DNA of 64,000 nt from Octopus vulgaris (Eukaryota). Every line of letters starts with the position of its first letter. The first letter of the stretch is position 1. Both the position numbers and the translations under genes were made by a program. The stretch lies in contig OX597818.1 in NCBI GenBank assembly GCA_951406725.2, positions 21,204,001 to 21,268,000 on the forward strand. Reading direction: 5' to 3'. Under the pieces are notes generated by a model, which was not told where the DNA came from, ran no database searches, and was given only the letters and a program-made list of their open reading frames with translations. Below are positions 37,899 through 51,926 of the stretch, in pieces.

Positions 37899-38989
37899 TG
37901 TAGTACTGAAGTTAAAAGAATAAGTCATATAAAACAATGTGTGTGCATGTGTGTGTGCGTGCATGTGTGTATGTGTGTGTGTGTGTGCATGTGTATAAAA
38001 GGTGAAGAATAGGGCTTTTGGTATTACATTTATTCCATGGATTACAATTGTTCCAATAACATAAGAGTGACAAACAATATAATATGCATGAAAACATGAA
38101 AGAGAGAAATGATACTATCATATCAATTATATAATATTGGTTTCAAATTCTGGAACAAGGCCAGCAATTTCTGAGGAGGGGGTAAGTTAATTACATTGAC
38201 TCTAGTACTCAACTGGTACTTATTTTATCCTCCCCAAACAGATGAAGGGCAAAGTTGACCTCAGCAGAATTTGAACTCAGAGCATGAAGATGGACAAAAT
38301 GCCACTAAGCATTTCACCCAGATTGCTAATGGTTCTGCACACTTGCTGTCTTATCAATTATATAATATTGATTATGTAATGAGATATCCATATTCATCTC
38401 ATAATAATCCTTGTGAACAAATAGATTAGCTATATAATGGGTGAGTTCAGTTATATAAATGACCTGGTGGTAGATGTCTAAATAATTCAGGAAGGAGGAC
38501 TTGCTGTTAGAAATACAAAAGAAGTGAGAGAATGACAGTTTAATTATATTTTCACAAGATCATTTTTACATGTCTCATTCATTAATCAATCTATAAATTC
38601 AGACATTTGTCTGGTTGAAAATGGCAAAACATCATTAAGTTTGTTAACAATGGTACAGGCAATAATAAATTAAGTAGGAAGTACTTATGTTAGGTCCCTT
38701 GCAACATGATTCTGATTAGTATTTTAGGGTAAGGTTAAGTTTTAGAGTTTAAGGTTTAGCATTTAGTATTATGTTTAGGATTAAAAGAAATGAGATTCAA
38801 AACATTCCGTTTTTTCCCCAGAATATAATCTGCTGCTAAAATCAGAAATTCAAATAAAGTTTGTAGAAAAACAGGTTATATGGGTTTAGTCAGATATTCT
38901 GCCTATTGTTTGTTCAGAAACATTAACACCAATTCCCTGTCTATGATGGGTATTTTGTTTAGTTTCCTATATCTATTTAAAAATTTTCG

Positions 38990-39194
38990 CTCTGTCTGGC
39001 ACCTGTGCGGGTGGCACGTAAAAAGCACCCACTACACTCACGGAGTGGTTGGCGTTAGGAAGGGCATCCAGCCGTAGAAACACTGCCAGATTTTGACTGG
39101 GCCTGATGAAGCCTTCTGGCTTCACAGACCCCAGTAGAACCGTCCAACCCATGCTAGCATGGAAAACGGACGCTAAACGATGATGATGATGATG
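38990..39194 (+). mobile_element. RTE 3'-tail fragment
   Basis: Same tail. Confidence 0.85.
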
Positions 39195-39499
39195 AACATA
39201 AACACGTACATCTTTTAGAACATTGTCATTTTCTAAGATTTTGCTGGCAAATTTTTAAATTAACAGAAACATTTATTTACATGAAAGAAAATTACCAGGG
39301 AACTTTCATCGAATTCTTCCAAATCTTTCTGTTAAAACTGTATTGAAGCCATGTGTGAGAATTTTTGTTATCATGGTAATTGGTCGCACACCACAAGGTT
39401 TAACGGAACTTACTGAAGCAAGCCAGCATGCTAGCAGCATTACCACAGGCGATGGCAAGGCTAAGGCATTGGGAAAGTCAAGCACCTTCATGGGCATCA

Positions 39500-41290
39500 C
39501 CTGACGCCTCAGTGAGGTGAGCTGTCAACATGACAAGAATTTTGCGGTTAGTGGCCCAGTCCCTCCAAACGTCTCAAATACCACAGGCTGAAAGTCAGGT
39601 CCATTAGTGCAGGGTTTTCTTCCATTCAGCTACGGAAGCTGTGACCCTCTCATTAACAGCAGCATTCAGGATGTGGGAGGGAGCAAAGGAGTCACAGACT
39701 GTGGCGTCCCAATGAGGTACCTACCACTAACCCAAAGACAGAGGGTAAGACCATTACTCTTTCCATCACTTCTGGATAGCCCCCCCAATGGCTCCAGAAC
39801 TGAGGGGATATTAATCTGAGCAAGGGCCCACTTAATGATTAGGTTTAGCTTGGTATGACAAGCAAAGTGACCAGCATTTAGATGGCAAGACAGACCATGA
39901 AGACCTGTATGGTCGTGGAGCCTACCACAGCGACATCTCAGTCCCCTACAGATGTCAGCTCCCACTCTGAGTGCAATGGAGATGCAGAGCTCATCTAGAC
40001 TAAGTAGACTTCTAATGCTGGCCACAGGCAAGGCATCAATCCAGTCACCCAAGAATTTTGCACTAGCTGACAGTAGGTGACACTATGGAAATTGATCAGA
40101 TTGATCAAGGAGAGAGTTGAAAGTTGCGCCTGAACACAGATTGTCCCCTACTCTCTTTTCCATCTATCCTCCACTGTAACCAGAACTGACAAAACCAGCT
40201 CTCTCCACTGTGATATAGCTTCATCCATCTCTGTGTTGGAATTAGTCCATGTTGGAGAGGAGAGGATGTTGCCTACCAAAAAGGAGCAAGCATGAATGGA
40301 AGAAAGAGATAAAGTCGAGCACTTGTGCAGACCTAGACCCCCAAACCATTTGAGCAAAGCAGCTTTGCCATGGGAGTTTGGGGAGGGCTTGACATTGACC
40401 AAGCATTCAAGTTTTCTGAAGACTAGGTCATCAAAGTATTGGAGGGACGACAGGAATCTGTAAGTGGGACTAACTCCCAGAAAATACAATAGCTTAGGAA
40501 TTGACAAGTAATTCCTAAGTATAAAAAAAAAAAACCTTGGTGGGGTTCAATTACTTCAAGGCTTTTTAAAAGTTGTTCAAGTTTAGCCATTTTAGATCTA
40601 AAGATAGACTCGAAAGCTAGGTCAGTAATTGGGGCTCCAGGGAGCACCACACTGACGAAGGAGTGAGGAAAGGAAGTTAACAAATAGTTTAGTAGTCTGC
40701 TCATGTAAAACTGGGTAATTGAGGAGCCAGAGCTCACATTTGGAACTGTTAACACTAAGACCTCCACAACCAAGCTCCTCGATCATCCTCGCTGTTGCAA
40801 GCCCCTTGTCAGGAGGGCCTCCCAAACAAGCACCATTGATGTACCAGACATTTAGGTCTAGGTCGGTTCCCAAATTCTTAACATCATCAATACCCAATAT
40901 GAATATGAAAGAACTGAGTGCATAACCCTGTTGGACTCCAGAGACAGATGGGATGAGGTGGTCACCAAAGCTCTCAATAAACTTGCCAAGCAAAGTGATA
41001 AAGTGGTGGGGAATTTTCCCTTACTGTGCAGAGGATCATGTCTCAACCGATGGAGTTAAAACCATTCTTAAGGTCTAGTTTGAGGATGACCTTTGAGAAC
41101 TGAAAGGGCAAGTTGGTGAAAGCCGTGGTGGCATGAGCAGCAGCCTCACAACCTAGCTTAGTACCCACTCCTAGCTGAACAGGAGAAAATTTCTCGGACA
41201 GGTAGTTAGAAACTGAGGACAGGCACACTTTTGTTGTGAGCCATCGCAAAGTATAACCAACTGCTATGGGGTGGAGGTAGTACCTGTTAT
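39500..41290 (-). mobile_element. Decayed CRE-clade non-LTR retrotransposon (RT + CCHC + restriction-like endonuclease)
   Basis: PIAVG, QLGVG..GCEA, KLDLKNGFNSI, GVQQG, GGLGL, CRCG..HGLSC..H, LEP, FETFG across frameshifted frames. Confidence 0.85.
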
Positions 41291-41299
41291 ATCGACCTC

Positions 41300-41999
41300 T
41301 GATCTTTTCTTTTTGAACGGCAGCTTTCAACACAATTTCTAGTTAACTAAACACTTTTAAACTTCGTATACTGGTAGAATGTGTCAAAATAAAACATTTT
41401 TTTCTCTTGGCTTTCTTGAGAAAATTGTAATTTGTAAGTTTAACGTAGTTTAATTTTTCGAATTTTAACCAATTCTATGGCCTCTATTGAGCTGAAATCA
41501 TTTGCTGCGTCTAAAACAGACAACATCCTGTCACTAACCCAAACCCTAAATTTTAGCCTTTCGTTTTTTTTTTTCTTAATTGTTAAATTAATTTAAGGAT
41601 AACAATTAAGAAAAAAAAAACGAAAGGCTAAAACGAAAACAAAAACTCAAAACAAAAACAAAACGAATAATTTTAGACACACGCGTAACAATTAAATTGA
41701 TTTAACAATTAAGAAAAAAAAAACGAAAGGCTAAAATTTAGGGTTAGGGTGAGGGTTAGAGTTAGTGACAGGATGTTGTCTGTTTTAGACGCAGCAAATG
41801 ATTTCAGCTCAATAGAGGCCATAGAATTGGTTAAAATTCGAAAAATTAAACTACGTTAAACTTACAAATTACAATTTTCTCAAGAAAGCCAAGAGAAAAA
41901 AATGTTTTATTTTGACACATTCTACCAGTATACGAAGTTTAAAAGTGTTTAGTTAACTAGAAATTGTGTTGAAAACTGCCGTTCAAAAGGAAAAGATCC
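41300..41999. mobile_element. Palindromic (two left halves) derivative of a Merlin-like MITE
   Basis: ~295-bp near-perfect arms; termini gatcttttc../..gaaaagatcc; 8-bp TSD tcgacctc/tcgaactc. Confidence 0.85.
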
Positions 42000-43612
42000 T
42001 CGAACTCTCTCTCTCTTTCTCTTCACACACACTAACAAAACAACTTCACATACACACCACACTTTGTCTTGCCCACACCATCAAACACACACACATCAAT
42101 TCTTCCGTCACACCAACTTCAAAAAATAACTTCTCTGATCCAATCGTTTTGTCTCTTTTGCTTTTACGCCGGCTTCAAAAGATTTACCCCCACCCCCACA
42201 CACAAATTAGTAAATAAATGAATTTTTTTTACGGAAAGCGACGATCTTGTTCAGGAATATAAACAAATAGCACGTGGTCTACATTTGACCTTTATGAAAA
42301 TTCACAAAAATCTCGAGTTTTTCCCTCATAACTGTATATATATATGTGTGTCTATATATGTATGTATGTATATATATACAGATAGATAGAGATAGAGAGA
42401 GAAAGTAATAACAAGTGAATGAGAATAACGACGAAGGGTTAAAAAAGCATAAAAATGATTGAAAATGAAATAAAATTGAAGCCAAAACATTAAAAATTAT
42501 TGAAAGTGGGTAGAAATAAGCACTACGTAGTGTAGTTGTACTACACTAAGGTATCTGTAGAAAGTTGAATGTGATTTCGGAATATAATGAGGAAAAATTC
42601 GGATCTTGGGAATTTTCCGAAGTCCTCTCTCCACCTCAAGATTTTCCCCACAACTTACTTTATAGTTATAATGTATGCCATTTCAAAGTATTTATATAAA
42701 GAAAAAATCCCATTTTCCTAAAAGTTATGAGGGTAAAACTAGGATTTTGTGAATTTTCCGAAGTCCTCTCCTCACCCCCTTGGAAAAGATTTTCCCCACA
42801 AATTTCTTTAATCGTAATATATGTCGTTTGAATGGTATTTCTATAAAATTTCAATGAAAAAGCCTCATTTTCCTAAAAGTTATGAGGGAAAAAGCTCGGA
42901 TCTTGTGAATTTTCCGAAGTCCTCTCCCCTCCCTCCCGTTGCTTTACGCGCATTTTTTTAATATTTGTTTCCTACATATTGTTTACACCCATTCCAATAC
43001 TTTCGTTCTTTTGTTTTTTGTTATTTTCATTTCCGGGTCAAAACATCAATTGATGTTTTGTTTCGTTTGTTTTTCTTTCCCTTTACTGCATTATAGATCC
43101 AAATATTCTTTCGCATCCTCTATTTGACAAATGGAACATTTATAAAAAAAAAAGTTGGTAAAGTTGTCAAATATATACATAAACAACGACCTCCAGGTCA
43201 AGACAGTAGGGATCACACAGAAACATGTTGGATTCCCCCAAATGTCTACAAAAATTCCAAGCTTATAAAATACACGCATACCTCAATTTACGTAATTTCG
43301 AGTTACATCTTTTTCGACATCATTTTTTAAAGAAGTCAACGGAAAAATTACACTTCAACTTCAGTCGATTTATTTGACTTTACGTCGGTCTCAGCAAACA
43401 TATTTAAAAGCATAAAAATAAAAATAGAAATACCTAAAACTCATACTGAAGCGGAAAGGTAAATACAAGATGTGTGAACATATGAAAAACTAAGTGAATA
43501 TAATTTTTTAAATGTTTTTTCAAGTTACATTTTTTTCTTTTTGGTTAAGTCGCTTGTCTTTCAGAAATATGTTGAGGTACGCCTGTATACTATAAAATGG
43601 TAATTGACTCAC

Positions 43613-43750
43613 TTTAACTTTTCTCGGCAGGCAGCTGTGTAAAATGATTCAATTGCAAATTGGGCGTATGTAGTATATCGTTTTTCTGTGGTCCTTTCCG
43701 TGTTGTACCGGAGGTGGACTTAACCAATGAGCGCAATTGACAAACTGAAA
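43613..43750 (-). promoter_or_regulatory. Candidate promoter / non-coding first exon of the zinc-finger gene
   Basis: Donor AAA|gtgagt at 43612-43607, unique CpG-retaining sequence, CCAAT near 43724; coding exon 1 has an acceptor upstream of its ATG, so a UTR exon is required. Confidence 0.4.
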
Positions 43751-43943
43751 ACAATACTGAAAGCATTTTATAATTTACGTATTTCGTATGGATGGGAGGT
43801 GTCTGAGCTACATTATTAAAATTAGATCTAAATCAGGAACTTGGGGTTTACATTATAAAAGAGCTAGAGCGAAATATATACGCATAAAAGCTTAATTTTG
43901 TAACACTACGAAAACCACTGCTTAGTCTCGATTTTTATAGATT

Positions 43944-44163
43944 TGAGCTGGCAGAACCGTTAGCCCGCCGGGCGAAATGCGTAGCTGTATTTCGTCTGCC
44001 GTTACATTCTGAGTTCAAATTCCGCCGAGGTCGACTTTGCCTTTCATCCTTTCGGGGTCGATAAATTAAGCACCAGTTACGCACTGGGATCGACTTAATC
44101 CGTTTGTCTGTCCTTGTTTGTCCCCTCTGTGTTTAACCCCTTGTGGGTAGTAAAGAAATAGAT
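43944..44163 (+). mobile_element. tRNA-derived Nin/Deu-domain-like SINE (other copies ~1141-1370 -, 9545-10200 - x3, 19730-20350 - x3, 22890-23100 -, 38140-38350 -, 44750-44922 -, 49892-50105 +, 54672-54965 -)
   Basis: gagttcaaattcc B box; ggtcgactttgcctttcatcctttcggggtcgataaa domain. Confidence 0.8.
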
Positions 44164-47100
44164 TTATAGGTAGTTTCTAAGTTTTGTTTATATAAACAAA
44201 CGAAAGATAGCCAACTTGTAGAAAACATGAATCTTTTTATATTAATATATTGTATATTATCTCGTAACAGAATAAAGTTTATACTTTTTTTAAATACGAT
44301 TGGCGGTTTATGTAGTCAATAATTGAAAGAGAATAATTGTATTTTTGTAAAATAAATCTGAAATATATAAGATTTCCTCTTTAACAAACTGTATCTTAAG
44401 AGCAGACTGGCTATCTTTACGTGTTTGTCATGTGATCACTAAACCACTACTTGGACGTTGGTCGATGCTTAATAAAGTTCCATTTATCGTTCAGCATGTT
44501 TAACTATCAAATAAAAAAATATATAAATAATAATAAATAGTGTCTAAATGGGTGCAGTTATATATATTAAACATTTATTAAGCAGCAATTAATCATTTGA
44601 TAAGTAACGAAAAGTCAGGAAAATGCTCAAGAAACAAAAACTTCTGTAACTTCACATACAAGTGATTAAATCATGTAAGTTGTGTAATCATCAGACATGC
44701 CATATATTGGTTTCAATTTTTGGCAGAAGGCCAGCAATTTAAGTGGAGGGGCTAAGTTGATTACATTGACTTCAGTGTTCAACAGATACTTGTTTTATCG
44801 ACCCCAAAAGGATGAAAAGCGACGTTGACCTCGGCGGAATTTGAATTCAGAACGTAAAGACGGATGAAATGCCACTAAACATTTTGCCGAGCGTGCTGAC
44901 AATTCTGCCAGCTCGCCACCTTAGACATGTCATATACTGTTAGTTAATTAGCAACTGTATTTTAAACAATGGTATATAAAGAGACGATGGCACTTAGGAA
45001 GCTAGACAAACATTCATAGGAGGAATATTGTATGGGGGTAGTAGCTACTCTTTAGGATCAAGGATGGCTCCAATTAAGGGCTATGATTAGGGAAGCTATG
45101 CGCATCTCCTTTGCCTTTGTGATAATGTCACTATGCCAGTCATTGGGTATGACACATTCCTGCATAACTTGATTGATTATCCAGGTGATAATATTTTCAA
45201 CTCACCACATATTTTGAACACTTCTGCAACTGTCTCTTTTGTTGTCTTTCACTTTATCTACCTTGCTGCTTTCAACTTGAATTGCCAGTCCCTCTGTGGC
45301 GTCAGCATAATGTATACCCTCTTTATCACTTCCATGCTAGTTTTTCGTTCTACATATTGTTGGCATTCCAGATACGTTTCTTATCAATGACGTCCCTGTT
45401 CCTTTTCACCCACTACCTCGCAGTTCTGAGCATTTCGTGCTTCTGATTTTTATGTTGCATGACATGCACAAATCTTTTCCTTTCTATCTCACCCTTAGCC
45501 TAGGATATCAGTTGCCTAGCTGCTTAGCCATTTGATAATGGTCCCCACCATCTTTCTTACCTTCCAGTTTTTTCAAATTTGTCTTTAGCCTTTATTGCCC
45601 TATCAACTGTATCATTTCATCAACACATTACCTCAAGCAAGTTATTGCATTGAAATTCCCAGTTGTCATCTATGCTACAGATGTCTACATCTTTCTCCTA
45701 ACAGTCATCAAATGTGTCAAAATTTCTCTAAACCAATTCCCAACTGCAGGATCTTTTAGTTCATCATTCAATCTCACCGTGTAATACCTCAAATAATATC
45801 TTCTGTTACTTTCACTTAACTAATGCATTAGGAGTAGAATATGATACGTAGAAACTGTGAACTATACACACATATATCTGAGAGTGTATTTATCGTGGTG
45901 TATCCGAAAATTGCAGATCAATGGACAAAGATTGATAGAATGCATACTAGGATCAATATAAGCAAAAGAAAAAAACCCTCTTGGACACTACCCTAGCATG
46001 ACTGCAATACAAGGAATGGAATCAGTAAAATAAAATCGTTTGGTGGATATCAGAAATCCATTTATAAGTAAATATTAAAACTATCGTTAATTTTTGTAGG
46101 TGGTGGGGTGGGAGAACTTTTTATTCAGAAACTTACGATGCATAAAACCAATGAAACCACAGCTTTGTATGCACTAGATAATTTCCGACACTATTTTATA
46201 GGAACACTTACATATATTAACACACACACAAACGTCTGTCTGCGCACGAGAAGAAATAAATATTTTTCATTTTAGACAGTCAAACCGAAAGAATGCCTAC
46301 ATCACGTAGAACTGAACAGAAATAACGCGGCGCTTTTACTTTACCCAGCAGCTTTTTGTTTTGCAAAAACTTTTAAGCAGTATGTTTCAATTTCCAACCA
46401 TTACCTTTTTTATCAATCCCAAAGAAATGAAAAGCATAGTCGAATTCGAGATGACACTGCATAGCATTTGCCCACCATCCTAAGGATTCTACCTATCCAC
46501 CACTGTCAATATCGAGCAGACAACTATTTTAAAGACGAGCGGTTAGCTAATTCTTGGAGATAATATCGTACAGTGTAGAGTTAATAAGTCAATCATTTGT
46601 TATTTGGTAACTAACCGCATCAGTCACGTGATATGTTTTTCGAATTCCATAGACTTTAAGTTGTAATTTTCGAATTTTTGGTAGAAATCTAAGCAAAGTA
46701 TTGCAGCTCCTTCATCCTGTGATAAAATAGATGATCTTGAATTTCTCGGAGAATTAATAACGTTAATAATAAAAGGTATTTATATAAATTTTCTTAATCA
46801 TATTAATTATGTATAACAAAATTTCCGGTAAAATTCAAATATGATATTGGGATTTCTGTTCAGGTTTCCCGATGAAATTTCTAGGCGTAACATCACACCA
46901 AAAAACTTCATTGTCTTGAAAATAACCTTAGTAAATTCCGTTTCGTTTGAGAAACTGAATTTATCGCTTTCATTGATCATCTTTTTCTTGGAAATGCATT
47001 CAATATCGGAACTCTATTTCATTTTTTCCATAATGTTAATCACATCTGAATTTTAATGGCTTTATTTTCCTCGAATAAGTGTTAATTCCAAAAGTGAGAG

Positions 47101-47344
47101 TAATGTGTCACCTCTTAGTATATTTATTTCTATTACTCTCCCCCACTTGTTTTAACGAACGAAAACTTTCGCTACGAAACTAGGGCTGTGAAAATAGAAC
47201 GTTTATTTCATTTAATATACTTCGCTAAGAAAGTCATCGATCTGACTAGAGATGTAGCTAACTAACCCCCCATTTATCTAATACTGTCAACCTATTGTAG
47301 AATACTCTAGCAAATTAATGAAAATAAATGCCAAACACACACAC

Positions 47345-47375
<31 letters not shown>

Positions 47376-47376
<1 letters not shown>

Positions 47377-47789
47377 GATCTTTTCGGTTTGAACGGCAGT
47401 TTTTAACATAATTTCTAGGTAACTAAAATATTTTAAACTTCGTATACTGATAGAATGTGTTTATAAAACATCTTTTTCTCTTGGCTTTATTGAGAAAATT
47501 CTATAGTTTGTAAAATATTTGTTGTTTTTTTTCAATTTCTGCAATTTCAACCAATCACTGACGTCTATTGAGGTAAAAAAAAACATTCTGTGCTGTATGA
47601 ATATGTCCCTCGTTTAAGAAACAGATTGGGTTTATTTACATTTGTGAAGAAAAAAAAGATACCCTTCCCCCCACCCTTAACCCTAAAACAGATTGAAATG
47701 CAATAGATCGATACTAGGGTCATAATTATGGGTGACAATTTCATATATGACACCGCTAGAAAAAACTGCCGTTCAAACCGAAAAGATCC
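47376..47789 (+). mobile_element. MITE with GG...CC 28-bp TIRs (Merlin-like)
   Basis: ggatcttttcggtttgaacggcagtttt ... aaaactgccgttcaaaccgaaaagatcc, inserted in (GA)n. Confidence 0.9.
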
Positions 47790-48999
47790 GAGAGAGAGAA
47801 AGTGGTGGGGAATGAGTAATTTCTGATTTTTCATCACTTTCTACAAGCTCGAAATCATTATATTGCATCATCATTGGGGTTTTAAAGTCAGCCAGCATAG
47901 TTAGAGTTGAGAGTTTGAAACATAGTCAAATGGCAGGTACTTTTTCAAGAAATTTTTTCCTCGACTTTGAACCGATTGCAATTGAAGTTGCTAATAAAAT
48001 ATCTGGATAAGTTTTGATGCTTAACAATCAATATCCTTTTCTTTTTTTTTTGGATTCCAAGTCAATCTTTTCCCACTGCAATGTTTTATTTACTAATTTT
48101 CAAAAAATGTTGTCTAAATTGGGGCAGAATGAGTAATGACTAATGTTAATAATTTCTTCCCTTTGAATGCATGGTGCGTAAAATATATCAAGAAAAGAGT
48201 CCATTCCGGTAGATCGCGAAGAAGCTAGAGAATATTTTAAGCTGAGTTCTTAGATTTCGTGGAATTTCGTTAATTTCATCTCTTTCATTTGACATAGATA
48301 TTTAAAATTTTTGTTGCATTTCTGATCTTAACGATGCTTACAGATGGATATTGATGTGTATGAGTCTTTTTTTCAAATGTAATTCTGAAGAATTGAAGAG
48401 GCAGATTTACCTTATCATGCCTTACTCATTTTGCCCCAGCTAAACTTGTCTTTTATATGCTCAAAGAGAACGGGGGTATTTAATTTTATGAAATAGTGTT
48501 ATGAATATGTTATAGTGTTTTCACGCATTTAATGGTCATTTGCTTAGAGTTTTTGTAAGGTAGGAAACATTTGGAGAAAAATTTTTTCTCTCAAAGTCAG
48601 TAAATCTTATTCATTCTAGCCCACCCCCTTTATATTCTTTTACTTACGTCAGTCATTAGACTGCGGCCATGATGGGGTATCGCCTTGAAGAATTTTGGTC
48701 GAACTTATTGACCCTAATAATTTTTTTTTTTAAAGCCTGGTACTTATCGGTCTCTTGTCGAACCGTTAAGTTACAAGGACATAAGTACACCAACACCAGT
48801 TGTCAAGCGGTGGTGGATCCACACATAAATATGCGCAGAGCTTCTTTCACTCACAAGGCTTTGCCTATAGTAAAAGACGCTTGTCCAATGTATCACATGC
48901 AGTGGGACTGAACCCAAAACCATGTTGTGAGGCAAGCATCTTACCACACAGCCACTACATACATACATATATATATATATACATATATCTATATATATA

Positions 49000-49170
49000 T
49001 CACCATCATCATCGTTTAACGTCCGCTTTCCATGCTAGTATGGGTTGAACGATTTGACTGACGTCTGGCAAACCAGATGGCTGCACCAGATTTCAATCTG
49101 ATCTGGCAGTTTCTACAGCTGGATGCCCTTCCTAATGCCAACCACTCTGAGAGTGTAGTGGGTGCTTTTG
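49000..49170 (-). mobile_element. RTE 3'-tail fragment
   Basis: Same tail. Confidence 0.8.
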
Positions 49171-49237
49171 GAGGTGATGTATAGATATTATATATTAGAA
49201 AAAATAAGGTCTCTGAATACCTTATTTTTTCATATAA

Positions 49238-49290
<53 letters not shown>

Positions 49291-49304
49291 CAAACATAAA
49301 CATA

Positions 49305-49614
49305 CATGGGTGTGTATGATTGTATATAGAAGAATATATTACTCAAAGAAATTGCAGCTTTGTCTGATTTTCACGTTTTATTTACAATCTTATAATAATA
49401 TAATATAATGAAATGATAGAATATTAAATGTCCATTCTGATTAAACTAGTACATTCATGCATTAAACTATACAATCTTCAGGTTCATGAAAGTACTAGTT
49501 TAATCAGAATGGACATTTAATATTCTATCATTTCATTATATTATATTATATTATTATAAGATTGTAAATAAAACGTGAAAATCAGACAAAGTTGGAATTT
49601 CTTTGAGTAATATA
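49305..49614. mobile_element. Near-perfect fold-back with central hammerhead
   Basis: Arms 49335-49459 and 49485-49614; TA/CA-flanked. Confidence 0.85.
49444..49484 (-). ncRNA. Minimal hammerhead ribozyme at centre of fold-back
   Basis: Minus: aac-CTGAAGA-ttgtat(agttta)atgcat-GAAT-gtac-TA-gtt; the inverted arm keeps GAAA-gtac-TA-gtt. Confidence 0.7.
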
Positions 49615-50234
49615 CATATATATATATATACACACACACACACATACATATATATTTACATTATATATACACAGATAAAGGTATGGAGTGCTCACCATCA
49701 CCAGTCTGATAATAGCAAGCAAGCTGAAATTTCAAAGTCACTGTCAACCTTTTACTTGAAACTATCAATAAATATGTACTCTCTGACAAAGTATTGAGTA
49801 ATCCTTCAGTTTAATGTTAAATTCTTTTTATATTGACATAAAAACAAACACACACACACATAAATGAGACTGATAGAATAAGTACTAGGCTTAAGGTGGC
49901 GAGCTGGCAGAAACGTTAGCACGCCGGGCGAATGCTTAGTGTTATTTCGTCTGTCTTTACGTTCTGAGTTCAAATTCCGCTGAGATCGACTTTGCTTTTC
50001 ATCCTTTCGGGGTTGATAAATTAAGTACCAGTTGCATACTGGGGTCAATCTAATCGACTGGCCCCCTCCCCCAAAAATTTCAGGCCTTGTGCCTAGAGTA
50101 GAATAGAATAAGTACTAGGCTTTAAAAAATAAGCCCTGGGGTTGATTTGTTCATCTAAAACTTTCAAGGCGGTACCACAGACTGGCCACAGTCATAATGG
50201 CTGAAACAAGTAAAAGATAGAAGATATATATATA

Positions 50235-51200
50235 GAGAGATTGTGATTGTTACCTGCGTCACCTTACTGGCACTGGTGGCACGTGAAAAAACATTCAAGC
50301 GAGGTCGTTGCCATAAAAAACACCATTTGATCGTGGTCATTGCTTGTACCACCTGACTGGCCCTCTGTGCCAGTGGTACGTAATAGCACCCACTACACTC
50401 TTGGTGAGGTTGGCATTAGGAAGGGCATCCAGCTGTAGAAACCCTGCCAGATCAGATTGGAGTCTGGTGCAGCCATCTGGTTTGCCAGACCTCAGTCAAA
50501 TCGTCCAACCCATGCTAGCATGGAAAGCGGACGTTAAACGATGATGATGAGAGAGAGACAGATAGATAGGTAGATAGATAAAACATCATTGTCATTGAAT
50601 GTCTATGTTCTATACTTGCTTCAATTAGATGGTTTCACAGAATCCAAGATGGTCCAATGATTGCATCATACTCCAGTATTTGCATGGTTTCTGCAACTCA
50701 ATGCCCTTCCTAATGCCAATGACTTTGCAGTGCATACAGGGTGCTTTGTTCATGCAGCCAACACTATTGAAGTTGCTGTGTAGCTTGCAAGACTAAGAGG
50801 GGCAGCAAATAAATATATATATATATGAGGTGGTGGAGCACAACCATCAAACATTGAGACCTTTGGAGATATGCCATACTTGTGAAGACCTGTTAAACCG
50901 AGTGAAATTGTAGTCGTGGCTGATGCCAGTGCTACCTGACTGGCATCCATGCTGGTGACACGTAAAAAGCACCATTCAAATGTGGCCGATTGCCAGTGCC
51001 ACTTGACTGGCTCCTGTGCCGGTGGCACATAAAAAGCACCCTCTACACTCTGAGTGGCTGGTGTTAGGAAGGGCATCCAACTGTAGAAACCTTGCCAAGT
51101 CAGATTGGAGCCTAGTGCAGCCTCCCAGCTTGCCAGTTCTCAGTCAACCCATCCAACCCATGCTAGCATGGAAAGCAGACGTTAAACAACAGTGGTGATG
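50235..51200 (+). mobile_element. Two RTE 3'-tail fragments (about 50235-50550 and 50850-51200)
   Basis: Same tail twice. Confidence 0.8.
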
Positions 51201-51242
51201 ATTTTATATATATATATATATATATGTATTATGTATATGTAT

Positions 51243-51408
51243 AGGTGCAGGAGTGGCTGTGTGGTAAGTAGCTTGCTTACCAACCACATGGTTCTGGGTT
51301 CGTTCCCACTGCATGGCACTTTGGGCAAGTGTCTTCTACTATAGCCTTGGGCCGACCAAAGCCTTGTGAGTGGATTTGGTAAACGGAAACTGAAAGAAGC
51401 CCATTGTC

Positions 51409-51473
<65 letters not shown>

Positions 51474-51650
51474 ATAAGTTTGTGTGTCTGTGTTTGTCCC
51501 CCCAAAATCAGTTGACAACCAATGGTGGTGTGTTTACGTCCCCCGTAACTTAGCAGTTCAGCAAAAGAGACTGATAGAATAAGTACTAGGCTTCCAAAGA
51601 TTAAGTCCAGCATGGCCGCAATCAAATGACTGAAACAAGTAAAAGAGTAA
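51243..51650 (+). mobile_element. tRNA-derived CORE-like SINE with internal microsatellite (other copies ~4000-4360 +, 14692-15073 +, 3135-3430 -, 48635-48957 -, 62350-62690 +, 1000-1510 -)
   Basis: A box tggctgtgtggt, B box ggttcgttccc, ttgggcaagtgtctt core, tail gactgaaacaagtaaaag. Confidence 0.85.
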
Positions 51651-51926
51651 AGAATATATATATATAAATTTTCAGGATCCAATAGAATCAAAGTATTTAA
51701 ATAACAAAAGTAGTGTCAGGGATAGCACACCTATGCATTAACAATGTGTACAGATACACACGTGCTTACTAAAGTTAATATGAATTTGTCCCTCCATTCA
51801 CAAATACACAAAGTCACACAAGAGTACACTCCAGCACATATTCCACAGTCAACTATAGACTCATGATCTATCCAAGGAAGGTTCTGAGTGTGGTGAAGTA
51901 TAAACAATAACACAAATGGGTTGAGG

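Noticed and set aside
41738-41766. TTAGGG-like repeats as interstitial telomere
   Set aside because: Short, degenerate and an internal part of the MITE (also present in the 47376 and 55946 copies).
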